Below are positions 1-8,974 of a DNA stretch of 64,000 bases, piece after piece. The notes under the pieces were generated by a model, which saw only the letters and a list, made by a program, of their open reading frames with translations, did not search any database and was not told the DNA's origin. Each line of letters opens with the position of its first letter. Positions within the stretch are counted from its first letter, which is position 1. Position numbers and translations under genes: made by a program. Source of the stretch: Myxococcales bacterium. Its GTDB lineage: Bacteria > Myxococcota_A > Polyangia > Polyangiales > Polyangiaceae. The DNA is taken from assembly GCA_947473045.1 (NCBI GenBank), contig CANJCO010000013.1, positions 14,038 through 78,037 on the forward strand, written 5' to 3'.

Positions 1-1
1 G

Positions 2-1687
2 ACGGCGATGTCGTGGCTCGCCCTCGACGAATCGCTTGATGCGGTCGTTGCCGGCGGATCCGACGGTCTGTGTCGCCTCACGGTTACGGGCTTTAACGCG
101 CTCGCGGCAATGGACCCGGTTCCGTGCCGACCGTTCGACCGCGAACGGCGCGGCATGAACCTCGGGGAGGGCGCGGGGTTTGTCGTGCTCGAGCGTGCGT
201 CGCGGGCGTCGGCGCGCAGGGCTGTGCCCATCGCAGAACTGGCGAGCGTGGCGCTGTGCGCCGAGGCGCATCACATCACCAACCCGGAGCCCTCGGGGGT
301 GCGCGCGGGCACCATGATCTCGCGTGCGATCGAGCTGGCGGGGATCGACCCGTCGATGGTCGACTACGTAAACGCGCACGGCACGGCGACGCCGCTCAAC
401 GACGTAATGGAGGCGCGCGCATTGGCGTTTGCACTCGGGCCGCACGTCGCGCGCGTGCCGGTGTCGAGCTGCAAGGGGCAGCTTGGTCACACGCTCGGGG
501 CCGCTGGCGCGATTGAGGCGGTCATCGGCGCGCTCGCGATCGCGACCGGGCAATTGCCGGCGACCGCGGGGCTCGGCGAGATCGATCCGGAGTGCTCGGC
601 ACTTCAACTGCTGCGCGCGTCACAGCGTGGGCAGCGCGTGCGTGCGGTCGTCTCCAATTCGTTCGGATTTGGCGGCATGGATGCGGCCGTTGTGCTCACG
701 CAACCTGAGCTCTCGTCCGCCCGCTCGCCCCAGCGCCGTCGGGTTGTTGTTACCGGTGGAGCCTCCCTCGGCCCGCGCGGCCTCGTATCCTCGTCGGAGG
801 CTGCGTCGCTCGGCGAGGGAGAAGTCGCAGGCGGAAACGTCAGCGATGTCGCCTCGCGGCTCGATCCCGCGCGAGCGCGCAGATTCGATCGCTCGGCGAA
901 GCTGACGACCACGGCTGCGCAGGCTGCGCTCGCGGACGCTCGCGTTGTCGATGGGTCGCGCTTCGGGGCGGTGATCGGAAGCGCATACGGCGCCGTCGAC
1001 GAGTGCGCCGCGTTCATGCTTCGAATCGTCGACAAGGGACCGCGTCTCGCGAGTCCTGCCGAATTTCCCAATCTCGTGCCCAGCTCGCCTGTCGGTCACG
1101 CGTCCATTTATCTTGGGCTCCGCGGGCCCGCGCTGGCGGTGGCCGACCTGCAGACGAGCGGTGAAAGCGCGCTGTGCGTCGGCGTAGAAGCGATCGCCTC
1201 CGGCGCCGCCGACGCGATGCTCGCCGGGGCGTGCGACGTGGGCGGTGCGCTCGTCGACGAGGTGTTCGGTCCGCTGTTCAGCGTGAGCGCTCCGTCGGCC
1301 TCGCTTGCTTCGGAGGGCGCCGCGCTGCTCGCGCTCGAAGCCGAGTCGTTCGCCGAGGCCCGCGGCGCCCGAATTCTCGCGGTGATCGAGGCATTTCGGA
1401 CGGCGCGCGGGGAGCGATGGACGCTCCCCGACCCGCGCACACCGGCGCGCGCCAAGGTCGTGGCGTCCGCTCCCGACCTGCTCGTTGACAGTCCAGCATG
1501 GGACGTCATCGCCCGCGTCGACCCGACCATCGGCGCGGGTCGACATGCGGGAGGCGGCGCCTCTGCGGCTGTGGTCGCCCTGGGCTTGCTCGCCTCGCAG
1601 GCCGCAGATGAGGTGCTGCTCGTTGGTGGCCGCTGCGTCGGCGACGCATCGATGGCACGCTACGCGTTCGTGTTGAGGCGCGCGTGA
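2..1687 (+). CDS. Beta-ketoacyl synthase (FabF/KAS II-like) fused to a C-terminal degenerate KS-like (chain-length-factor-like) domain; 5' end cut by window edge
   Basis: ORF 8..1687 stays open back to base 2. KAS motifs EAHHITNP, NAHGTATPLND, CKGQLGHTLGAAG and NSFGFGG lie in the first ~240 aa. The remaining ~320 aa look thiolase-fold-like but have TSGES where the nucleophile Cys is expected. Confidence 0.85.
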   Translation, partial: TAMSWLALDESLDAVVAGGSDGLCRLTVTGFNALAAMDPVPCRPFDRERRGMNLGEGAGFVVLERASRASARRAVPIAELASVALCAEAHHITNPEPSGVRAGTMISRAIELAGIDPSMVDYVNAHGTATPLNDVMEARALAFALGPHVARVPVSSCKGQLGHTLGAAGAIEAVIGALAIATGQLPATAGLGEIDPECSALQLLRASQRGQRVRAVVSNSFGFGGMDAAVVLTQPELSSARSPQRRRVVVTGGASLGPRGLVSSSEAASLGEGEVAGGNVSDVASRLDPARARRFDRSAKLTTTAAQAALADARVVDGSRFGAVIGSAYGAVDECAAFMLRIVDKGPRLASPAEFPNLVPSSPVGHASIYLGLRGPALAVADLQTSGESALCVGVEAIASGAADAMLAGACDVGGALVDEVFGPLFSVSAPSASLASEGAALLALEAESFAEARGARILAVIEAFRTARGERWTLPDPRTPARAKVVASAPDLLVDSPAWDVIARVDPTIGAGRHAGGGASAAVVALGLLASQAADEVLLVGGRCVGDASMARYAFVLRRA

Positions 1688-2397
1688 CGCTGCTGCGCGC
1701 GGTGGCCTGCGCGGGCCTCCTCGCGCAGGTAGCGTGCTCGGGTGCGGCAGCGGCTCCCCCTCGCGCGGCGGCTCAGTCCGATTGGGATCGCGCCAGGAAC
1801 AGGCTTGAATCGGCTCGCGCGCGCGCGCCAGCCCAGCCTTACGTCGACCGCGTTCGCGTCGCATTTCGTGCGCCCGGAACCGCTACCATCGGCGGACGCG
1901 GAGCGGTCGCGGTCTCTCCCGGCGCCGCCATGCGCCTGATCGTTGTCGGGCCCGCGGGGGTGACGGCGCTCGACCTGTGGGTGACGCCCAACCGCTGGAG
2001 GCTCTCCATTCCCGCCATCGGCCTGCTGCAGCGCGGAGCGCAATCCGCGCCTGCCTCGATGCCGATCGGCTTTTTTCGCGCGTGGCTGGTTCGCCCCTTC
2101 GTCGGGCGTCTGCTCACGATCGTGGGCGACGAGCTCGTGCTCGCGGAAGGCGGCGCGATCGAGCGCATAAGCGGCGCGATCGAGGAGGGACGAGGTCGCA
2201 TGGTGCGACGCGAGGGGACCTCGATCGAGCAGATCGAAATGATGGCTCCCAGCGGCGCAGATGGAGCCGAGGGGCGCGTTCGTTATCGCGCGCTCTCGAC
2301 GGGGCTCGAGGTCGACGTCTGGGTCGAGGGGCGTTCGACCGAGCCCCCTGATGTCGCTGCGTTTGCCGATCCGGATCTCCCCGAGGGCACGCAGTGA
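1684..2397 (+). CDS. Hypothetical lipoprotein (possibly LolA/LolB-like carrier fold)
   Basis: N-terminal signal with lipobox-like LLAQVAC-SG. GTG start overlaps the upstream stop (GTGA at 1684-1687), and its stop overlaps the next GTG start (2394-2397). The fold assignment is a guess from context. Confidence 0.6.
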   Translation: MTLLRAVACAGLLAQVACSGAAAAPPRAAAQSDWDRARNRLESARARAPAQPYVDRVRVAFRAPGTATIGGRGAVAVSPGAAMRLIVVGPAGVTALDLWVTPNRWRLSIPAIGLLQRGAQSAPASMPIGFFRAWLVRPFVGRLLTIVGDELVLAEGGAIERISGAIEEGRGRMVRREGTSIEQIEMMAPSGADGAEGRVRYRALSTGLEVDVWVEGRSTEPPDVAAFADPDLPEGTQ

Positions 2398-4301
2398 GCT
2401 CCGCGATCGTTGCCTTCGGGGCGTGTTCGGGCCTCGGTCGCGGCCTCGAAGCCGTTTCGGGAGGACCGCCGGGATCGGCTGCGCGCGTCGTCACCATCGT
2501 GGATGATGAGCTCGTTTCGGCCGGGCTTGCTCGGCCGTTTTGCGCGCGCGCCGCTGGCGTCGCCCGCGGCGGCGATCGCGCCACAGCGCTGCTGACGCTC
2601 GCGCTGGGAGACTGCGTGGGCGCGCTCGACGGCGCCGGTTTTGACTGGCGCGCGCTGCGAGTTGGATTGGCGCTGGGCACATCGAGCGGAGGCATGCGCG
2701 AGGCAGAGCGCCTGTTTGCAAACCTCGCGCGACAGGAGTCGCCGAACGCCGTTACCGCGAAGAACGCGGCGTACTTCTCGCCGATGACAGAAGCCATTTC
2801 ACGCTCCGGGCTTTCGCTTTCTCCGTCGACGTTGGTGCTCACAGCGTGCGCCGCATCGACCCTGGCGATTGGCCTCGCCACGCGATGGCTTGAGCTCGGC
2901 GCGTGCGACGTCGTGCTGGCCGGCGGGTTCGACGCCGTGAGTGTCTTTGTCGCATCGGGTTTTGAGGCGCTGCGCGCAACGACCTCACGCTTGCCATCGA
3001 GACCGTTTGCTCTGGACCGCGACGGCATGGCCCTCGGCGAAGGCGCTGCCGTCATCGCGTTGATGCGCGCGTCGGAAGCGCCTCGGGCGCTCGCGTTCGT
3101 CACGGGCTTCGGCGCGTCCGGAGACGCCGTTCACGTTACCGCGCCGGACCGCAGCGGGGAGGGCCTCGCGCGCGCCGCGCGCCTCGCGTTGGCGGAGGCC
3201 GACTTTCCCCCGGTAGCGCTCGTGAGCGCGCACGCTACTGCGACGCCGTTCAACGATGCGGCGGAGAGCCGCGCAATCGCGGCTGCTCTCGGCGACGCGG
3301 CGCGCGAGGTCGTCGTTCACCCGTTCAAGGCACAAATCGGCCATACCCTCGGCGCTGCGGGGGCCCTCGAGTCGCTGGCGTGCGTCGATGCGATCGTCCG
3401 CGGCGTCCTTCCCGCCTCGGTGATCAGCGAGTCGCCCGATCCGGCCGCGCCCGCGCGTCTGCTCGCCGAGTCGCGCGCCGCTTCGGTGACGTGCGCACTC
3501 AAGCTGTCTGCGGCGTTTGGCGGAGCCAACGCTGCGCTCGTGTTCGAGTCACGCCCTGGCCAAAACGTGCGTCGCGCGCCTGCGACGTGTCATGTCTCAC
3601 GCGCGTCTCACGTCTCGCGGGTGCCCACGGCGAACGAACTCGCGGGTTCGATAGACCAGAGTGCCGAGCGCCTCGCGAAGAGCTGTGACCTGTCGCGCCT
3701 CGCGCTCGCGGCGGTGGCGATGCTCCGCGCTTCGTTTGGAGACCTTCGCGGCGCGGGCATCATCGTAGGCCACGCGTATGCGACCCTCGACGTAAACGAG
3801 CAGTACAATCGCCGTCTGCTCGCCCGCGGAGCGCGAGCGGTCGAACCGCGAAAGTTTCCGTACACCTCGCCGAACGCGGCGGCGGGCGAGTGCAGCGTCG
3901 CGTTCGGTCTCACGGGGCCCAATCTGGCGGTGGGTTCGGGGTTGCACGGCGGCCTGGAGGCGCTGGTGATCGCCAGCCACCTTGTTGCAGCGCGAGACGC
4001 CGCGCGCATCGTCGTCGTGGCGGTTGACGCGCCGGGGCCCGCCGCGATCGCGCTCGCGGCCGCGGCGGGATGGCCGCTTCCGCCCATCGGCGCCGTCGCG
4101 CTCCTCGTCTCGGAAGACGCGCGTGACGGCGCGTGTCGCATCGCGTCTGCCACGCTCGCGTCGCGCGGCGCAACCGTAGGCGCTTCGGCTCCCGGACACC
4201 TCGCGCTGCTGCCGCTGTGCGACGGAGAATCTCTCTCGCTTTCGAGTGCGTCGCCGTGCGGCGCCTGGGCCGGCGTACAGCTTGCGACGACGCCTTGTTG
4301 A
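2394..4301 (+). CDS. Beta-ketoacyl synthase with C-terminal degenerate KS-like domain
   Basis: Active-site region LTACAASTLA, plus HATATPFND and KAQIGHTLGAAG. The C-terminal ~250 aa are KS-like, with GSGLHGG in place of a Cys nucleophile. Confidence 0.85.
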   Translation: MSSAIVAFGACSGLGRGLEAVSGGPPGSAARVVTIVDDELVSAGLARPFCARAAGVARGGDRATALLTLALGDCVGALDGAGFDWRALRVGLALGTSSGGMREAERLFANLARQESPNAVTAKNAAYFSPMTEAISRSGLSLSPSTLVLTACAASTLAIGLATRWLELGACDVVLAGGFDAVSVFVASGFEALRATTSRLPSRPFALDRDGMALGEGAAVIALMRASEAPRALAFVTGFGASGDAVHVTAPDRSGEGLARAARLALAEADFPPVALVSAHATATPFNDAAESRAIAAALGDAAREVVVHPFKAQIGHTLGAAGALESLACVDAIVRGVLPASVISESPDPAAPARLLAESRAASVTCALKLSAAFGGANAALVFESRPGQNVRRAPATCHVSRASHVSRVPTANELAGSIDQSAERLAKSCDLSRLALAAVAMLRASFGDLRGAGIIVGHAYATLDVNEQYNRRLLARGARAVEPRKFPYTSPNAAAGECSVAFGLTGPNLAVGSGLHGGLEALVIASHLVAARDAARIVVVAVDAPGPAAIALAAAAGWPLPPIGAVALLVSEDARDGACRIASATLASRGATVGASAPGHLALLPLCDGESLSLSSASPCGAWAGVQLATTPC

Positions 4302-4368
4302 CCGCGTGAAAGCGCATCTGTAGCGTGACCGGGAAGAGGCGCCGGAGCGTCTCTGTTAGCCCCAAAAG

Positions 4369-4839
4369 ATGCGCGCGCTCCTACCGATTACCCTCCTCGT
4401 TGCCGCGGCCTCGGCCGCGTGCTCTGCCAGTCTCATCCCCAACACGCTCGTCGAAGACTCGACCCAGAACCGGAAGGTCGTGCTTTTCTGCGAAGAATAT
4501 CGGCACGCCGTCGAGGACAAGAACATCGGCAAGCTCGTTTCGATGGCCAGCCCGCAGTATCATTCGCGAGGCACCGGAACGCATGACTTCGTCGACTTCG
4601 ATCGCCTGAAAGGGACGCTCACGACCGACGTGCCCAAGACGAACGCGATTCGGTACGAAATCAAATATCAGCGCGTGATGTTCGGCGAAAATAACCACGT
4701 GCTCGTGAATTTTCGCTACGCCGCGAGCTGGAAGGCTGTGAAGGCTGACGGCTCCGAGGAGTGGCAGCACCGCGTCGCCGACAATCAAATCGATCTCGTG
4801 CCCGAGGGCGACAGCTACAAGATCATCGCCGGAATGTGA
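4369..4839 (+). CDS. Hypothetical small lipoprotein (possibly NTF2-like fold)
   Basis: Signal peptide plus lipobox LVAAASAAC-S. 156-aa ORF with ordinary amino-acid composition, unlike its Arg-rich antisense ORF. Confidence 0.6.
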   Translation: MRALLPITLLVAAASAACSASLIPNTLVEDSTQNRKVVLFCEEYRHAVEDKNIGKLVSMASPQYHSRGTGTHDFVDFDRLKGTLTTDVPKTNAIRYEIKYQRVMFGENNHVLVNFRYAASWKAVKADGSEEWQHRVADNQIDLVPEGDSYKIIAGM

Positions 4840-4891
4840 GCGAGCGACCGAGTTCCTTGCGAAGCGCACGCGAAAATCCCCAGGTAGCGTC

Positions 4892-6118
4892 GTGCCGCTG
4901 ACCCTCGCGCACGTCTCCGACCTTCACGTGTCGACCTTCGGCGACACGTTTCATGATCGCGCCCGCATCGTGAAGCGCTCCGCGCGGCTCGCGGACACGA
5001 GCGCGTCCCGATTTGAAGAGGTCTGGTCCGAGGCCGGCTGGCGTGTGCTGCGCGAGCGGGATGCGCGCCGAACGACGCTCGCCCTCATCGATCCTGACGG
5101 CTACGCGCACCCGCTCGCGCGCACATCCGACAGCGACTTGACCGCGCTCGTCGCGGCGGCGGCAGACAAGGCCCGGCGTCTCGATGCGCGTCGCGCCAGG
5201 ACCCTTGCGGCAGCCGACCCCGGGAGCGCCGCGCTCGCGAGGCTGGCGGACGTCACGCCGAAAAATTCGAACGTGCGCCTGCTTCGGGCTGCCCGCGTGG
5301 TGGTGGCGAGCGGCGTCGACATGGTCGCGATCACCGGCGACTTGACCGACGACGGAGACGGCTACGAGCTCGTCCTGTCGGCGTTCGCCTCCCATCGCGC
5401 TGCGAACGGTCTCGTCGCCGTTCCCGGCAACCACGATCGCTACCTGTTTCCGCTCGCAGGCAGCGGGCGACCCCGCGCGACGGCCGCGAGCAAGCGTGTG
5501 GCGTGGCTTGCCTTCGCGCGGCAGCTCGGGCTCGACGTTCACGCGTCCGGGGCCTGGTGGCGCGAGATCCCCTCCGCCGGCGTGATGATCGTCGGCCTCG
5601 ACACCAGCGCCCGCGCGCAGCTGCGCTTTTTTCGCCACAACGGGGCCATCGGCGCTGAGCAGTTCAGCCGGCTGCGAGAGCTTGCACATTCGCCCGAATG
5701 GCAGCGCTCGCGGCATCGCGTCGTGATGCTGCACCACCATGTAGTTCCGCTGGCTCATGGCGTGGGCCGCCGAACGCCCAGCGAGCTTGGAATGCGACTC
5801 GACGACGCGAAGGACGCCGCGACGGTCTTCAACGAGATCGGTGTGACGCTCGTCATGCATGGGCACAGGCACGTAAGCGAGGAGCGTCAGCCTGCGGGCT
5901 GCAAGTTTCGTCTGCTGGCCTCGCCGTCGCTCACGCTCGGGTGCAGAAGCGGCGACGGCCCCAGTTTCTGGCGCGTCGAGCTCGGGGAACACGTGCATGC
6001 TGCACGCGTTTTGGTGCCGCTGGAGCGCGTCGATGAAGACGCCGTCCCGGGCGCGAGCGTCCTCGGGTTGCCGAGCGCACCGTCGTCCGCGGTGCTCCCC
6101 GAAGACGACGGCGACTAG
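4892..6118 (+). CDS. Calcineurin-like metallophosphoesterase
   Basis: Motifs HVSDLHV, ITGDLTDDGD, VPGNHD, MLHHH and MHGHRH appear in canonical order. GTG start. Confidence 0.85.
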   Translation: MPLTLAHVSDLHVSTFGDTFHDRARIVKRSARLADTSASRFEEVWSEAGWRVLRERDARRTTLALIDPDGYAHPLARTSDSDLTALVAAAADKARRLDARRARTLAAADPGSAALARLADVTPKNSNVRLLRAARVVVASGVDMVAITGDLTDDGDGYELVLSAFASHRAANGLVAVPGNHDRYLFPLAGSGRPRATAASKRVAWLAFARQLGLDVHASGAWWREIPSAGVMIVGLDTSARAQLRFFRHNGAIGAEQFSRLRELAHSPEWQRSRHRVVMLHHHVVPLAHGVGRRTPSELGMRLDDAKDAATVFNEIGVTLVMHGHRHVSEERQPAGCKFRLLASPSLTLGCRSGDGPSFWRVELGEHVHAARVLVPLERVDEDAVPGASVLGLPSAPSSAVLPEDDGD

Positions 6119-6128
6119 GCAGCGCGAA

Positions 6129-7082
6129 TCAGCCTTTTTTCAGCTCGGTGACCAGCTCGGGAACGGCGTTGAAGAGGTCGGCGACGAGACCGTAATCGGC
6201 GACCTGGAAGATCGGGGCGTCGCCGTCTTTGTTGATCGCCACGATCGCCTTGCTGCCCTTCATGCCGGCGAGGTGTTGGATGGCGCCCGAGATGCCGATC
6301 GCCACGTAGAGCTGCGGAGCCACGACGCGCCCGGTCTGACCGACCTGAAGCTCGGCGGGCGCGTAGCCCGCGTCGCACGCCGCCCGGCTCGCACCGACAG
6401 CCGCGCTCAGCAGGTTCGCGAGCGGATCGAGCACTTCTGCGAAGCGCTCTTTCAGAGCGCGCCCGCCGGAGACGATGACGCGCGCCTCGCCGAGATCGGG
6501 GCGCTCGCTCTTGCCGGCCTCGAGGCTGACGAATGCGACGCGCGACGCAGCGGGATCAGCCGCGGAAACCTCGACGCTCCCGATTGCTGATGCACCGCCG
6601 CTCGGCTCGGCCGCAGCGAACTCGCTCTGGCGAACGCTGACCACCTGCTTGCTTGTGGTGATTTCGCACCAACCGTAAGCGTTGCCCGCGAACATGGGGC
6701 GCTTGTACGACAGCTTGTCGCCATCGACTTTCACGGCCGCGATGTCGGAGGCATAGCCGGCACCGAGCTTGGCCGCCACGCGCGGCGCGAGGTCTTTTCC
6801 GAACGAGCTCGCCGTGACAACGACGACGTCGAAGCCGGCCGCAACGGCCGCGACCGTCGGTGCGTAGCGCTCGGCGATGGGATTTTCGAGCGCCGCGTCT
6901 TCGGCGGTCAGCACGGCGGCGGCGCCGAAACCGGTCACCTCGACGGCGGCCGCCCGGGCGTTGGAGCCGATGACGAGAATTGAGAAAGTGCCGCCGACCT
7001 GCCGCGCGAAGTTGATCGCGCTGTGCGTGCACTTGCGGACTTTGCCTTCAGAGAGCTCTGCGATGACGAGAGTGTTTGCCAT
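6129..7082 (-). CDS. etfA: Electron transfer flavoprotein alpha subunit
   Basis: Full-length match to the EtfA pattern, including the C-terminal FAD-binding [28 protein letters not shown]. Confidence 0.9.
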   Translation of the reverse strand: MANTLVIAELSEGKVRKCTHSAINFARQVGGTFSILVIGSNARAAAVEVTGFGAAAVLTAEDAALENPIAERYAPTVAAVAAGFDVVVVTASSFGKDLAPRVAAKLGAGYASDIAAVKVDGDKLSYKRPMFAGNAYGWCEITTSKQVVSVRQSEFAAAEPSGGASAIGSVEVSAADPAASRVAFVSLEAGKSERPDLGEARVIVSGGRALKERFAEVLDPLANLLSAAVGASRAACDAGYAPAELQVGQTGRVVAPQLYVAIGISGAIQHLAGMKGSKAIVAINKDGDAPIFQVADYGLVADLFNAVPELVTELKKG

Positions 7083-7096
7083 GATCGTCGTGCTCC

Positions 7097-7921
7097 TCAG
7101 AGAACCTTCGCTTCGGTCTTGAGCTTTTCGACGAGCTCGGAGACGGACTTCACTTTGACGCCGGCCTTGCGAGCGGGCGGTGGCTCGAAGCCGGTGTATT
7201 TGATCTTCAGGCCGACGTCGCCGGTGAGGTCGGTGAGCTTGACCTCCGTGAGCGACTTCTTCTTCGCGGCCATGATGGCCATCAGCGCCGCAAAGCGAAC
7301 GCCCTCGGGGTAGGCGTGGTCGGCCTTCGTGTGAACGCTCTGCACGCTCCTGGGAGCTACGATGCGAAGATCAACCGACACGACCGCGGGGAGGGTAACC
7401 CTGAGGTTCATCGTTCCGCCGTCGATCTCGCGACCGACCAGCAGCGCCGTGTCGCCCTCGCTCTTGATCGAGCCCGCGAACGTGGCCTGCGGCCATCCGA
7501 GGTACTCGGCCAGCAGCTGGGCCACCTGGTTTGCATCGCCCTCGACCTCCTGCTTGCCGAGCAGCACCAGGTCGGGCTTTTCGGTCTCGATCAGCTTGGC
7601 GAGCGCGCGCGCCACGAGGTCGCCATCAAGGGCGTCGTCGGTCGCGTCGACGCGAATGGCCTTGTCTGCGCCGGTCGCGAGCGCCGCCCGAAGGGTCGAC
7701 TCAGCCTCCTTCGGACCGAAGGTGACCACGGTGACCTCACCGAGCCGCTGCTTGGTGTTGGCGGCGTTTTCCGTCAGCCGAAGCGCTGTTTCGACGGCAT
7801 ACTCGTCGAACGGGTTGGGCTTGAACTCGAGGCCCGTGGTCTCGATCTTCTGCGGGGTGACCTTGATCTTGTTCGCGTTGTCGGGGTCGGCGACGCGCTT
7901 GAGGGAAACGAGGATCTTCAC
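7097..7921 (-). CDS. etfB: Electron transfer flavoprotein beta subunit
   Basis: N-terminus MKILVSLKRVADPD... is typical of EtfB. Lies 14 bp upstream of etfA on the same strand. Confidence 0.9.
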   Translation of the reverse strand: MKILVSLKRVADPDNANKIKVTPQKIETTGLEFKPNPFDEYAVETALRLTENAANTKQRLGEVTVVTFGPKEAESTLRAALATGADKAIRVDATDDALDGDLVARALAKLIETEKPDLVLLGKQEVEGDANQVAQLLAEYLGWPQATFAGSIKSEGDTALLVGREIDGGTMNLRVTLPAVVSVDLRIVAPRSVQSVHTKADHAYPEGVRFAALMAIMAAKKKSLTEVKLTDLTGDVGLKIKYTGFEPPPARKAGVKVKSVSELVEKLKTEAKVL

Positions 7922-8066
7922 GCGCTAGCTCCTGGCTGCCGCTGCAAACGGCACGAGAAGAGAAACTGAATGGCGATTCAGGCCGCGTCTTTAGGCACCT
8001 CGCCGCGCGGAGTCAATGCGTGAGCAAGTCGGCGACGGGCGACGCGCGCAGATGTATGATGGTGCG

Positions 8067-8648
8067 ATGCGCTCAAGCTTGGTTCATGTTCTCTGCCTCT
8101 CTGCTGCGGGCCTTACGCTCGCGGCCGGCGTCGCCGCCGGTCCTCAACAACGCATGGCTCGCCCCAATCTTGGGACGCCGACGCACAGCGACGATTCGCA
8201 CGAGCACGCTGCCGCGCCTGCCGGCGACCGCGATCACGATCGCGATCGCGATCACGATCGCGATCACGATGCCGCGGCCCCGTCGGCTTCTGCGAGCGCG
8301 AATGCGGCCGCGATCGTCTCGGATGGTGGCGCGCCCGATGGCGGAGGCCTCGACGAAACCCCCGAGCAGCGCGGTCGCCGCAGGGCCTACGTTGACGCAA
8401 CGACCGCGAAAATCAGGAAAATTGTTCACGGTGGTGGGAAGTCGGTCACCGACGAAGAGCGCGAAGTGATCCGCAAGCACTGGCGCCACACCATGCGCTT
8501 GTGGCGCATTCGCAACCTCGCTGAGGCCGACGGCGACGCAAGCATCACGCAGCGCGTCGACCTGCTGATTTCCAAGAGCGAAAAACATCTCGAAGCCAAG
8601 CTGGGCGAGCTCGCCGAAAAGGCGCCGCGCGCCGAAGGACACAAGTGA
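8067..8648 (+). CDS. Secreted hypothetical protein with His/Asp-rich (DRDH)n tract
   Basis: ORF 8016..8648. The internal Met at 8067 gives signal peptide MRSSLVHVLCLSAAGLTLAAG. Contains DRDHDRDRDHDRDHD. Confidence 0.55.
   Translation: MRSSLVHVLCLSAAGLTLAAGVAAGPQQRMARPNLGTPTHSDDSHEHAAAPAGDRDHDRDRDHDRDHDAAAPSASASANAAAIVSDGGAPDGGGLDETPEQRGRRRAYVDATTAKIRKIVHGGGKSVTDEEREVIRKHWRHTMRLWRIRNLAEADGDASITQRVDLLISKSEKHLEAKLGELAEKAPRAEGHK
8226..8270 (+). repeat. In-frame short tandem repeat (gatcgcgatcac-type units) encoding DRDHDRDRDHDRDHD
   Basis: Read directly: gaccgcgatcacgatcgcgatcgcgatcacgatcgcgatcacgat. Contains multiple GATC/CGATCG sites. Confidence 0.8.
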
Positions 8649-8971
8649 TGAAATCTCAATCGCTCTTGCTTTGCGGCGTCCTCTTCGTGGCAGCCTGCAA
8701 CCCGTTCAAGCGCGGCGAACCGGCAGCGGTCGACGCGGGACCGCTCACGGTCTCGGCCGCCGTCGAACAGGCGTCCGCCGATCCGATGCCCTCGGCGAGC
8801 GCGCCGCCGGCAGCGAAGGGCGATCCGAACTGGATACCCTCGAACGGCGACGACGAGGCGCAGGCCAAGCGCGTCGTCAATCACGCTAACTACAAGAGTG
8901 AGCTCGATTCGGTCGCGAAAGAGATCGAAGCCGAGGGTGCTGCGACGACCCCTGCGCCCCTAAAGAAGTAG
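8645..8971 (+). CDS. Small hypothetical lipoprotein
   Basis: Lipobox LFVAAC-N. Start (GTG 8645 or ATG 8648) overlaps the upstream stop. Confidence 0.5.
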   Translation: MMKSQSLLLCGVLFVAACNPFKRGEPAAVDAGPLTVSAAVEQASADPMPSASAPPAAKGDPNWIPSNGDDEAQAKRVVNHANYKSELDSVAKEIEAEGAATTPAPLKK

Positions 8972-8974
8972 CCA

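Noticed and set aside
7966-7981. Palindrome ctgaat-ggcg-attcag in the etfB upstream / divergent intergenic region, considered as a possible operator.
   Set aside because: A 6-bp arm is expected by chance many times in 64 kb, and I saw no second copy. Noted only.
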